From Octopus vulgaris (taxonomy: Eukaryota): a stretch of DNA of 64,000 nt. Position 1 is the stretch's first letter. Each line of letters begins with the position of its first letter. Position numbers and translations under genes: made by a program. The notes beneath the pieces were generated by a model. The model saw nothing but the letters and a program-made list of their open reading frames with translations, was not told the DNA's origin and did no database searches. Of this stretch, positions 39,691 to 51,517 are shown piece after piece. The stretch spans positions 5,084,001 through 5,148,000 of the forward strand of contig OX597824.1 in assembly GCA_951406725.2 (NCBI GenBank), written 5' to 3'.

Positions 39691-40899
39691 TATATTCATT
39701 GGTTTTAATCAGTGGGCCGAGGTATCTGCATTGAATTAACAGAAAGGATACAGTGCTAAATGAACTTGTCACCATTTCTATCAACCGTTCTTCTCTCCAA
39801 CACTGATATTTACTTTAAACCAAATCCCTTTCATAAAAAGCTTATACAAGACATATAAAATTTAACCTTCAGTTTTCTTCACAAACTAATATCATTAATA
39901 TTTTATGATTTCTGACTGCATTAATAACCGAAGCTTTTATTAAGCGAGTCAGCATGGTTGCATGATTTCTTCAACATTTAAAGAGTTTCCACTTGTGTAA
40001 TTAACCAAGGCAAAAGCTAAGCTTAGGATAAATAAGGTTTTCTAACACCTTCTGTTCCTAACAAATAATAATGTCTGAACGCCCACACGCACACTCACAA
40101 ACATAAATATCTCTTTGCTTCTTTTGCTTGTTTCAATTATTCGATCACGGCCATGCTAGGGCAGCGCCACCTTGAAGGGTTTCGGTCAAATGACTCACCT
40201 GGATTTATTTCTTTAAGCCTAGTACTTTTTCTATTGGTCTCTCTTACTGAACCACTAAGTTACCGGGATGCAGAGAGGGTAAAGATTTTTAACCTACCAA
40301 CTGTCTGCCTCAGTCTTCCATTGGAAGCAACCTGTTCGGAGAAGACTTTAGCCCACATGCTTCGGTTCTTCAGATCTGCTCGATAAACCTAAGACTTATC
40401 CACCCCGTGTCTTATCATGGAGAGATTTGACTTTACAACTGCAGGGAAGGTAACCTGTCTGGAAAGTTGGAAAATCCAAACGATCCTGGCATTTTGTGGA
40501 AACCCATGAAGGAATGTTGTCTACGAAGTCTGTCAATCCGAACGAACTCGTTTACAAAAAGGATTTTTCCTTGAATGCACGGAGATTATAGACTCAGCAA
40601 ACTACAATGAAGGGGACCTGTCCAAGCGCGCACGTGTGTGTGTGTGTAACTCTGAACTGAAAACATCTTATGCAATGGGCACTTTACTCCTAAAAGACTA
40701 CCTGTCTAGTATCGGGGAAACGACAAAAGGTGAGCACTCCATGCAGCGAAGTGATCGGTGATAAAAAGGGCATCTGTCCAAAAACCAAAACCATTCTAAC
40801 ATCCTGAAAGTCACAAATGCAATGAAAAACTCCACTTATGTTTGCAGTACTCACAATTATGTACGGTAGTGAAGTGATCAGAAAGTAACATCTGGCCAC

Positions 40900-41310
40900 G
40901 TGTTAACAATCCTTGATCATCGTCGAATAATTTCATTAATTTCCTCTTGTCCAGATGTAGAAAAGAGGCATCAAACAACCCACTTATTCCTAGGAACTTC
41001 ATCTTCCTTGTCAGATGCAAAATATTAGTACTTCCACCATCAACGATGGCATGATGAAAGGTAGGTCTGAAGAGATTGTAGAGATACACTACAGCGGAAG
41101 TGAGTTGTTGTGTGCAAGAGGTAAGGTGGAACATGGCCTTAGTCACATTTCTACGGAACTGGTACAATGCTAGTGTGGTGGATGGAGCAATCAAATAGTG
41201 AAACTGTTTGGCAATAAATGAAACCTGAAATAGTCATAGATGACAGTGACCTTCGAAATAATACCACAATCAAGTCTAAGAGATGAGCAAAAGAATATTT
41301 GCAATGAGAT
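40900..41310 (+). mobile_element. Possible highly decayed piggyBac transposase fragment
   Basis: Broken translation YNA..VDGA.QIVKLF..K..LEI resembles the YNxxMGGVDxxDQ region. Many stops. Confidence 0.3.
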
Positions 41311-41705
41311 CCTATATGCATACACACACACACACACACATACATACATACATACATACATACATACATACATACATAATACTCTGTTGTTGATGTTGAA
41401 ATTCTAATGAAGGAGCCTTAGATCTACGTTAGAAACCGGCTCTTTCTCTATTGGCAAGAAATCTTAAAATAAAACTGAATAATGGCACACACACACAAAC
41501 ACATACACACACACACACACATACACACACACACACACATCCATTCTTATAGCCAAGACTGAAACCACCGAGTTGGCAGAAAACTGTCGGCCCATTGCTT
41601 GCGTAAACATCCTGTACAAACTGTACTCAAGGCACCATGTGACTGATGAGTAGCACGGAGGAAAGAAGGGAGTATGAGGATGCGCCGAACAACTTTTGAC
41701 AAACA

Positions 41706-41736
<31 letters not shown>

Positions 41737-41759
41737 CTAAATAGTCAAAAACCCAATCT

Positions 41760-43070
41760 TGGTGAATTTAAAAATAAACAGTCAAAGGGAGGTAACTATA
41801 CTTCGCCACTAAAAATAAGAAAAAAAAGCATCAGGTTTTTTTAATGAGAAATCTCCTTATAAATCACATGACCTTAGTAAAACTCTTTGGTTTGTTATTC
41901 CACACGGAAAACAAATTAAAAGTAACCTTCCTTACCTGTTTCGTGAAGCCATCGAATGGAACTTCCCCCCAAAATTCCAGGTACCATTCGATTCTCAACT
42001 CACATCGTATCAGAATTGGCTTCTCCAACTCTAATAACCTCCAACAAATTATATCTTCACACAATAACTATATTCTTAACGGTAAAAGGATTTCGTTTAA
42101 TAACTGTAATAATAATAATAATACTGACGATAACCCCCTCCTTAAATAATAGTATCAATAGTAATATTACTTGTAATTGCGGTCCGAATAAAACTTGCGT
42201 TCTCAACGGAAATTGCAGAATTAAAAGCGTTGTTTATCAATGTGAAGTTTCCTCAGGATCTGAGGAATATGTTTATATTGGCATTTCATCCACGGAATTA
42301 AAAGAACGTTTGGCCAACCATCTTTCTACATTTAAATATATTCATAAACGTAATACTACAGGTCTTAGTAAACTAATTTGGCATCTCAAAGACTGTAATA
42401 AACTAGATGAGTACAAATATCCATCAAATGTAAATACTGTTAATAGTGTACCTAATTCCTCATCTCTCAAATATAGAACTGAATTTTCTTTGGATTGGAA
42501 AATTTTGTCAAGATCATTTCCCTATGATAAAGGGAAATCTTTTTACTATCTTTGCACGGAAGAACAACTATTTATCCTTTTTTTCCCAAATATACAATGG
42601 TCAACACTTATAAAGAATGTGTTCACAGGTATTTACATTGGAAAAAACACTCTTCCAGCTATTTCAAATAATACCTGGCCCCTTACCTAATAATATCTGC
42701 AACTTACACTTTACTCTTTTCATCCCATACATCCCATTCTTTCCTTCATCTTTTCTATTCATCTGCCATTCATCTTCTTCAAGTTTATACCTCAGTTACT
42801 CCTTTAATTCTCTTTCTCTCTTCCTTCTCTTCTTCTCTCGTCCTATGACGTCAAATTTCTTAACTGTATTTTAAAATTACTAGCGTTCCCTATCCACCAT
42901 TCTTTTCCATATAATTTATATATTGTAGTTTCTTACATCTGCGAAAATGGTTTATTGATGATCACTGATGTTTATAATCTCCTCCTTGATGAGGTTGATG
43001 CATTTTCCCACATTATTCTTCCCCTTGGATTTATTTTAATGCATCAATAGAAACATATGTCGGTAATATG
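41760..43070 (+). mobile_element. Penelope-like retroelement, 3' part (RT thumb + GIY-YIG endonuclease), frameshifted
   Basis: ...RIGFSNSNNLQQIISSHN, then CNCGPNKTCVLNGNC..SVVYQCEV..YVYIGISSTELKERLANH..GLSKLIWHLK..WKIL..LCTEE. Hammerhead-like motif at the 3' end. Confidence 0.85.
42981..43065 (+). ncRNA. Decayed minimal hammerhead ribozyme motif
   Basis: TTGATGA (C3>T), stem II gttgatgcatt/aatgcatcaat, GAAA-CATATG-TC with palindromic stem III. Stem I is weak. Confidence 0.55.
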
Positions 43071-44233
43071 GTGATATAAATGATTCCAATGACATCTTGA
43101 GCGTTTGTCTCCATTTTCCATTGCTCTTATGTCCTCCAAAACACATCTCATCTCTCCTCCGAATTATCACTCATGCAAATGTGATTACTAATTTCTTAGG
43201 CGCTTATGTGACATTTGGCTCCCCTGTAACTGTTCCTTTGGATCTTAACAGGGAGAGAAACTGAAAGCAAGAAGTTTGCTAATGCATAGCAGCAAGAAGG
43301 TCAGTGATCTGAACTCACAGATTGGACTGTTTCCGGTCGAATGCACCAGGAGGTCACTTTATCATTGTATCAACCAGACTATCGGATGTTGTTATATACC
43401 GCTAAACACGATGCGCTGCAGTAACTTTCGAATAATGCCTCTCCGATCGTTAAATGCGGGTAGGGCGACATCCCCTTTTGAACAGGACGACAGCCCCCTT
43501 ACAAGGAGGTTACCCGTATGTCGCTGAGTGGGATGGAGGAACCTGAAATCAAGTGTTTTGCTGAAGAACAGAATGTACGGGTGGTTTGGGAATTGAAACC
43601 GTGATCTTGCGATTGCGGGTGCAACACCGTAACCACTCGGCAACGCGTCTTCATTGAATCAGGATGTAGTTAAGGAAAAGTGTGCACAGGATAATAGCGG
43701 AGCATTCGCTCGGACTGATGCCAAGAGGAGAGGATTATTGAGATGCAGCTGACGAGGAGTTGGTGATTGAGGAACATTCGTGAAAGACAGGGCTAATCCT
43801 AGAAGACATAAAAGATGGATTTGCTATTGCAATTGAGATTTATAAAGTCGAAATTAAGGACATGGAAGACGGAAGAAGAAGCTTGCTCCTCAGAGATGGT
43901 CGTTGAGATGCCACAACACTTTGTAAAGTAAGGCACGCGTTGTTGCCGTTATAGCCTTATGACCAGTTCTAATCAGGCAGGTGATGAGAGGGCCAAACGA
44001 CAAGGTGTGAACCACAGATCCATCTTAACAGCTACAGAACGTAAAGTACCTGGTCTAGAGATCGAAACTACGACTCTACAATCGTGAGTCTAACATTCTA
44101 ACCACGAGAGCATGCGCCTTGCTACACACGCACAAACACACTCACACACACATGCAAGCGTTCATACAAATACACATGCACGTACACATATGTGAGCATT
44201 CATGTATATGTGAATGCTTGTATGGGCATGTAT

Positions 44234-44390
44234 GGAGGTGCAATGGCCCAGTAGTTAGTGCAATGGACTCGCGGTCGTAGGATCGTGGTTTCGATTCCCA
44301 TACCGGGCGTTGTGAGTGTTTATTGAGCGAAAACACGATGCTCCGGCAGTGGGTGGTGGTGAACCCTGCTGTACTCTTTCACCACAACGT
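44234..44390 (+). mobile_element. tRNA-derived SINE family 3 related
   Basis: ggaggtgcaatggcccagtagttag...GGTTTCGATTCC. Reverse copy at 58535-58792. Confidence 0.75.
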
Positions 44391-45446
44391 ATGGGCATGT
44401 AGGTATTTATGTACGGGTATGTCAACCGTTTGAGGTCCCACGAAGGATCAATCGAGTCGGACGTCACGGCTTCTAGACCAGGTGATTCGACATGTGTAAT
44501 ATGTTTGCAAATCGATTTCAAGTCTGAAACGAAATATTTCTCTACACAAAGATCGTATCCTACAAAGCGGATCGAGCAATCCCGGTGGAAATTACAGCTT
44601 TGGTGTGCCACCGATGCTTCAAACTATTCTTATCTGCAGCGGGACTGAGTTGTCTTCTGAGAGGAGATGGACCTAAAGGCGGGGAGGCCATTCACAACAA
44701 GGAAGCACAAAGAAACGGCGATCATCTGTGAAGACGAAGCAATCACTGTAAATGCATATGTGTGTGTGTGTGTGTGTGTCGCGGGAGCGTTTGTGAATGT
44801 GAATATCAACAAAAGAAGAAAACTAAGAAGCTATGGGTCTACCAACATTTGTTTTGAACCTTGTTACAAACACTCCTTTTTCGGTATCGGTGTCTGAAAT
44901 AAAGCAAATCTATAAGTGAACTTCAAGAGATCTGGGGTCAACGACGCTATTGTTGAAAAAATTACGTTGTAATATCTGATAAAGTGACAGTCAATATCAA
45001 GGGAAATAACTCTGTATGGTATTTAAGTAGTCAAATTTATGTACTCAAGAGTTGTTTCCCTTAAAAAAATGTTTTTGGAGAAAATATCTTGTGTGAAGTA
45101 TTCCCATTCTGTCTGTTCATGTGGAGATTTCAAACGGAGGTTCTGTTTTAAAATACATCCCTGATCATGTTACAATGTTACTCTATTCAATATTTGAGAA
45201 ATGAATTCCATTCCATTACAATATTTTATGACAGTTTCTTAAGATATCCCGCTAATACATTACCGTTTTCTGACTGTTAATTCTATTACGTGTGTGTGCG
45301 CGCGTGTGTGTGTGTGTATGAGTGTGTGTGTATGTTTGTTTGTGTGTGTGTGTGTGTAAAAACATACATACGTACATACATACACGCATACATGCACACA
45401 TACATACATATATACATACATACACACATACTTACACATACATACA

Positions 45447-45478
<32 letters not shown>

Positions 45479-45667
45479 GACGCAGACATGGCTTTGCGGT
45501 TAAGATACTTGCTTTGCAACCACGCAGTTTGAGGTTCGGTCCGACTTGGTGACACCTTGGGCAAGAGTCTTCTACTATAGCGCCTGGGTAACCTATATCT
45601 TCTGAATAAATTTGGTAGGCGGAAACCGTATGGAAGCCTATCGCACACACACACACATATTTATTAA

Positions 45668-45745
<78 letters not shown>

Positions 45746-46428
45746 CCCGTGTAAAAGTGTTCGGCCACTTTAAACTATTGTAAATTTCTCTTAATTGCCA
45801 ACTTATAAGTGAATGTTAGGCGTAGGAGTGGCTGTGTGGTAAGTAGCTTGCTTTCCAACTTCATGGTTCCGGGTTCAGTCCCACTGCGTGGCACCTTGGT
45901 CAAGTGTCTCCTACTATAGCCTTGGACCAACCAAATCCTTGTGAGTGGATTTGGTAGACGGAAACTGAAAGAAGCCTGTCGTATATATATATGTATATAT
46001 ATGTACGTTTGTGTGTTTGTGTTTGTCCCCCACCCAACATCGCTTGTCAACCGATGCTGGTGTGTTTACATCCCCGTAACTTTGTGGTTAGGCAAAAGAA
46101 ACCGATAGAATAAGTACTAGGCTTGCAAAGAATAAGTCCTGGGGTCGATTTGCTCGACTAAAGGTGGTGCTCCAGCAGGGCCACAGTCATATGACTGAAA
46201 CAAGTTAAAGAGTAAAAGAGTAAAGAGTATTGCGTTTTTTTACAGATGAAACATTGGCCCTGTTGCAGTCATTTCCATGCTTATATTTTGTAGTAGGGGT
46301 TCTGAATGAGGGGGGAAGATGCGCGAGTGGCCATTTCGCATCTTCCCCCCCGCGAAACGTCCACTTATAAGTTGGCAATTGGGAGAAATTTACAATGGTT
46401 TAAAGTGGCCGAAGACTTTTGCGCGCGG
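45746..46428. mobile_element. MITE with ~70-bp TIRs, interrupted by a SINE
   Basis: 45746-45817 is the reverse complement of about 46356-46428. Internal hairpin at 46310-46350. Confidence 0.75.
45819..46229 (+). mobile_element. SINE family 2, full length with (AAAGAGT)n tail
   Basis: ggcgtaggagtggctgtgtgg head; tail aaagagtaaaagagtaaagagta. Confidence 0.9.
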
Positions 46429-46650
46429 TGCTGTATATATAACGGAGGCATCAAAAGACATTTTCAGATGCACAAAGATCTGAACTTAACTTCAGCTCTT
46501 GGTGGCTCAAATCAGATATCAAACCAATGTGGGTGTCTTTTCAATACATTGTCTGGTTTAAAAAGTCTCATCAGACGCCATGATGGATCTAAGGTGAAAG
46601 TACAAGAGGTGGTCAGACTCTGCATAAGGAGTACACAACCGCCATATATT
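46420..46650 (+). mobile_element. RTE-like LINE 3' remnant with C2H2-like fingers
   Basis: RCCIYNGGIKRHFQMH and CGCLFNTLSGLKSLIRRH. A similar remnant lies at about 44460-44700. Confidence 0.4.
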
Positions 46651-46796
46651 GCGTGTTCAGTTATCTTTTTGCCGTCTGTAATTTTATCTTTGATCTTTTA
46701 AATAAATGAAGATATTTCCTCCGTCTGGCTGCTTTTCTTTCTACAAAACGAGAAGTTACATTGCGGAACTGTTATTTTAAGGAGTTGTATTTATTT

Positions 46797-46902
46797 ATTA
46801 CCTGATGAGATGCATCTGCACCGCTGGATGCCCCTGAGCCAGCTGTTGAATGTCCCGCCTGTGAGAGATCTATACTAGATGTGTCGAAACAATTGTCGTG
46901 AT
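46797..46902 (+). ncRNA. Type I minimal hammerhead ribozyme motif, intact core
   Basis: ATTAC-CTGATGA-GATGCATCT...AGATGTGTC-GAAA-CAATT-GTC-GTGAT. Stems I and II pair, stem III is the palindrome ACAATTGT, cleavage triplet GUC. Confidence 0.85.
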
Positions 46903-47059
46903 TAATAATAAAATCTCATATAGTCCATCTTCCGTCTTTCATTTGCCATATATATATATATATATATGACTGCAAAATGGGATCCCTCTTCCAAGAGGAT
47001 GGCTCCTTCACAGTCAACCCAACCAAGATCAGTGAAGTACTATCTTTACCACCCCGTTG

Positions 47060-47460
47060 GAACACAGGCAAGTGAAAGAACCAGTGGATATCTTTGCCAC
47101 CTCACCTATAACCAGCGAGGCAGTTACGATGGATTACATCGACATTAGCGAAGAAGATGTACTACAAGCCATAGATGAAGTGGACGCAAACTCAACTGCT
47201 GGCCCTGATGGTTTCCCAGCAATCCTCCTCAAATCGTGTAAGCGTGCCCTGGCGAAACCTCTACAGATTCTCTTCCAGAGCTTTCTAGCAAATGGCAGGC
47301 TGCCAAACAAACTGAAGGAGGGAATAATATACTCAATCTACAAAGGAGGGAGCAGAGCAGATGCCAAAATACTATAGGCCTATATCTCTGACTTCACACA
47401 TCAGCAAAGTCATGGAAGAGATAGTAGGAGGGAAACTAATCGCATTCCTTGTACAAAATG
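47060..47460 (+). mobile_element. CR1/L2-like LINE reverse transcriptase fragment
   Basis: ISEEDVLQAIDEVDANSTAGPDGFPAILLK..LAKPLQILFQ..IYKGGSRADAK-(frameshift)-YRPISLTSHISKVME. Confidence 0.85.
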
Positions 47461-47464
47461 ATTC

Positions 47465-49060
47465 TATAGCAATCACTTGCATTATACGGAATTGCTTCTT
47501 CGTTCCAGCACTGGTGCATCAGTTTGTGTAGGTGGTGCAATAAGATAGCTTCTGCACATTTGATGGCTTATTGTGGAATGCCATTCAATGCCGATGTCTT
47601 ATCAGTGAAAAGATAGTCAATGGCTTCACTCAAACTTTCAAAAGTCGGTATAATGCATCTAATTCCTCCATCAATGGAAAGCGATTCACGGCGTCCAGCA
47701 AACTGTCCACAACGGGTTTTTTCTCGTGGAGTAGAGCCCAGAGTAATGCTAACCTCATCTTTCCATTTACTTGCCTTTATCTTTAAAGTTTCACTCGTTA
47801 CAGTTTTCACTGGTGCTGTCTTGTTCATGGTGGCACAGATGGGTTTCCTTTTGCCTTCGTACACACTACGATGTTATGCCAAATGATGATTGAATACTTT
47901 AGCAAAACTGCAGTTAGTATCCATTAGCACAGCATTTACAGCCTTGGTCAAAAGTATTTGGCCACCCCAATATTTTGGTGTTCTGCTATCTCAATGTTAC
48001 TGAAACTCGTGCACATGGAAGATTATGGTATATTTCACAATATATATTAGTTTTAATATCTGGCTGACCCTTCTTTAGCATCAATTACTGCTTTTATACG
48101 CTTAGGCATTGAATCAGCTAGTTTCTTGCAGGTGCCAGGCGCAATTTTACTCCATTCTCATCTCAAAATTTGGTACAAATGCTCTTTATTCATAATTGTT
48201 GCGTTCCTGATAGTCTCACCAAGAGTTCCCCATAGGTGTTCGATCGGATTTGAGTGATTTTTGGCCCACTGAAGACGTTTTTCCATATTCGCTTCAGAAA
48301 CCCATGGCTTCTTCCTGGCTTTACAGCCTTTCAGATCATACTCTGCAAGCCTTCTTCTAACAGTTCTGGTTGTTGTTCTTTTTGAAGTATTTGCCTCGTT
48401 GAAGTCCACGCAGAGCTCCGACGATGTTTTTCTCCTGTTTCTGAGCGATTGATGGATGATGGCCCTATCATCACAAGATGATGTAACCTTTTTTTCTGCC
48501 TGTTCTTTGTGTTGTCTTCTCATCTTTTGTCTCTCTGAAGCGCTTGAGAGTCGTCTGTACTGCACATCGAGAACATTTCATCTTCTGAGTAATTTGCCTT
48601 TGAGACATTCCATCTTCACGATGAGCTACGATTTGACCTTGCTATAACACACTCAACTCCCTTGTTTTAGGCATTTTACTGTTTATTAACTGTATCTACA
48701 ACCTATTTTAGCATAAAACTCTGAAATAATCAAGGAAACATAAGTTAATATAATTTAATTTTGGACGTTCGTTTTACTCATAATTGGTTGCATATCTACA
48801 GTACAGTATAAAAGCGGTAATTGATGCTAAAGGAGGGTCAACCAGATATCAAAACTAATGTATATTGTGAAAGATACCATAATCTACCATGTGCACGAGT
48901 TTCATTAAAATTGAGATAGCAGTACCCCAAAATATTGGGGTGGCCTAATACTTTTGGCCAAGGCTGTAGCTATTTACTGGGCTTTGTATCTTGTTTTTAC
49001 TGCTTGCAAGATAATGGTTTCAAGGAGTCAAGCCGAAGAATACTGGTAGGGATAAGCGCT
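47465..49060 (-). mobile_element. RTE-clade LINE fragment split by the Tc1 insertion
   Basis: Minus strand PTFESLSEAIDYLFTDKTSALNGIPQ*AIKCAEAILLHHLHKLMHQCWNEEAIP. With Tc1 removed the junction reads Q*IAKCCANGY*LQ. Confidence 0.7.
47939..48966 (-). mobile_element. Tc1-like transposon, internally deleted, 161-bp TIRs
   Basis: TA|CAGCCTTGG...CCAAGGCTG|TA; TIRs 47939-48099 and 48806-48966. Transposase remnants RTVRRRL..ARKKPWVS..RLQWAK, NPIEHLW and SMPKRIKAVIDAKEG..RY*. Confidence 0.95.
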
Positions 49061-49069
49061 CACTACTAA

Positions 49070-50460
49070 AAAATTTAAATCTTAACGTCTTTTTAAAATC
49101 AAATAAGGAAATGATATACCCTACTAATTTTTATTTAATCAACAATAGTTATTAAGAAATTTAGTAACATAAACAAACTGAATAAAGTTGAATAAAATTA
49201 AAAAAAAAATTTCTATAATTATTACATAAATTCTATATATCTAATGAAGTTATTAAGTTGTATACCTAATCCACAATAGGTTTTAAAGAATTGGTAATTT
49301 CCATATCTATTTCTGCAAGAATTCTACTCCACCTAATTCTTTTTTTTTTTATATTATAAATATTACCTCTAACTAGCCAAAATTATTATGCCCCACATAT
49401 AAACCACACTTCATTCTTAAATACTAAATTTAAATATTCCTAATTTTAGGAGCCTACATCTTTGTTGCCTCCCTTCCATTATATTTTTAAGGTTTTTGAT
49501 ATGTGTGCCAATTAATACCTTATTTACTAGGAATATTCTCATAAAAAGTTCTTCTAAATCTCCTTAATTAATATCCAAAACCTGATAAAGAATAGATAAT
49601 AATATCTAAGTTACTTGGTTTCTATTTCTCTAAAACAACCCCACCCTCATGATCTTTGTATGTTTTAGAAAGCTTTTAAAATGGATTTTAAATAAAGAAA
49701 ATGATAACATTTTACAAGTACTAATTAATAAATATAAATTATCATATAACGAATAATAATAACTTTTTCTTAAATCTATAATAGAACCCAAAATTTTATA
49801 AAAGTCTTATTAATAATATAACTTTTAACCAATAACTTCATCATTTCTTTACCCGATATTAAACACAAGTCATTCATGACAACCCCCCATGATAAGGAAA
49901 TATTAATTTTAATCTAGAAATCATAAAATTATAATGTAATTATAAGAGATTTTCTTATAGCAGCTTACCTCACCTATTAATATAAATAAGCTAGGTATTT
50001 TCTATAATAAGTTTTTAGAACACAAGTCTATTCTACCCCTTATCTATAATATTCTACAATAACTTTATATTTATTTTTCAATTTACTTATTTAAATTCCT
50101 TTACTTTAATTTTAAACCATTTTATCTTACTCATTTACCCACTATATCATCTTAATGATAATACATTTCTATTGGGTTCACAACCTATACAGAACCATGC
50201 TGATATAATTCGGTGTCTATTTTATAACACAAGAAATACATTCTAAAGTCATTAACAGACAGAAAATATATGAAATGTTTAGCATATTCCTTTAATTTAA
50301 CTCACTAATACCAATAAATTACTATTTACTAATTAACTATAAATTTATATTAAATTGATATAGAAACTTATATAAATATGAAATTATTTCTATATTCTCC
50401 ATCCCTATATTGTGTAAAATACTAAAATTATTCTGATTCTTTGAAAAACTCTCTAAAATG
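49070..50460 (-). mobile_element. Very decayed L1/Tx1-like LINE ORF2
   Basis: Broken minus-strand translation gives SMVLY.GCEP, GSIIDLEK, RIFLVNKVLI, YMWG and KKELGG in L1 order. Confidence 0.5.
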
Positions 50461-50905
50461 TACCTATTTATTTCAAATCACCATTGGGATCATGGCTGTT
50501 AAATGGTTAAGTATTATCAGTCTTTTCTCTCCCTACCCCATCAGCTTTAGCCTGCTAATTTTGGCTGGAATATATTCTACTGGACCCAAATGGTTTCTAC
50601 TTCAAAGGGATCTTGATTTATGGCTCTGCCACTTAAACTGTCTTTTTCTCTATCCATAAAAGATAGATTCTTGTTTTTCCACTAGACCTGATAATCTAGT
50701 CTTAAACCCCCTCCCTCAGTAGTAAATCTAAATAACAAAGTAAAATCAATGATAAGCAGTGTCTTCATGAAAAAAATATCAGTTACTACTATGTTTTTGT
50801 TGATGAAACTTGTTCCCTGTCTACCTGCTTACCATCTTTGTGATTTTGGTTAATGGAATAACTATAAGAATGAATCTTTTAAATTTAACTAAATTCTATA
50901 TTTGT

Positions 50906-50995
50906 ATGCAGCTGAAGATTGCTCTACATTTTAAAACTGATGTAATACTTGCATTGTTCAATTAAATGGAGTCGCATGAAACGATCGTACTGCAT
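50906..50995 (+). ncRNA. Minimal hammerhead ribozyme motif
   Basis: ATGCAG-CTGAAGA-tTGC...GCAt-GAAA-CGATC-GTA-CTGCAT. Perfect 6-bp stem I, palindromic stem III ACGATCGT. Probably the end of a decayed Penelope-like element (~50460-51020). Confidence 0.75.
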
Positions 50996-51112
50996 TACCT
51001 CTGGATATCCTTGTTGCTTATTTTGATTTTGTATATATATATATATACACACGCCATGATAGATTGTTAGCTACTACACGCATTTTTTTCTTTCCTTGTT
51101 TTTTTCTGTGTA

Positions 51113-51150
51113 TCTTTCTGTCGAAGAGCGTAGGCTCGAAACGTAAAAGA
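51113..51150 (+). ncRNA. Ultra-minimal hammerhead-like motif (A6>U variant)
   Basis: TCTTT-CTGTCGA-A-GAGC-GTAG-GCTC-GAAA-C-GTA-AAAGA. Confidence 0.55.
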
Positions 51151-51238
51151 CTTTTTCTATTCCTGAGCGCTATACTAAAACATTTGTTTGTTTGTACTCC
51201 ACCTGCCTTCATCTTTTGTTTATTTTCGTAAACTTTCC

Positions 51239-51296
<58 letters not shown>

Positions 51297-51464
51297 ACAT
51301 GTATGTATGTATGTATGTATGTATGTATGTATGTATGTATGTATGTTATTTTCTAAAGTTATTTCTGCAGATTTTCTACAGAAATTGGAGCCAGCACTGA
51401 AAGTTACCACGTTTCGTATACGAAAACGTCAATGTTAACCGCGCGACCAAAGATAGAAAAATAG

Positions 51465-51517
51465 GTGATGAATGTATATCCATATTTCAGGAGTCATTGC
51501 TCCCTCATCAGCATCAC
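51465..51517 (-). ncRNA. Hammerhead ribozyme motif, minus strand
   Basis: Reverse complement reads GTGATG-CTGATGA-GGGAG-CAATGA-CTCCT-GAAA-TATGGATATAC-ATT-CATCAC. Perfect stem I, good stem II, imperfect stem III. Confidence 0.7.

Noticed and set aside
42170-42260. Selenocysteine (UGA) recoding in the Penelope-like element, as reported for some Naiad elements
   Set aside because: The linker Cys codons here are ordinary TGT/TGC; no in-frame TGA at these positions.
49070-50460. Mitochondrial insertion (NUMT), suggested by extreme AT content
   Set aside because: I could not recognise any mitochondrial gene. Minus-strand remnants fit L1/Tx1 ORF2 better; BLAST against the mitogenome would settle it.
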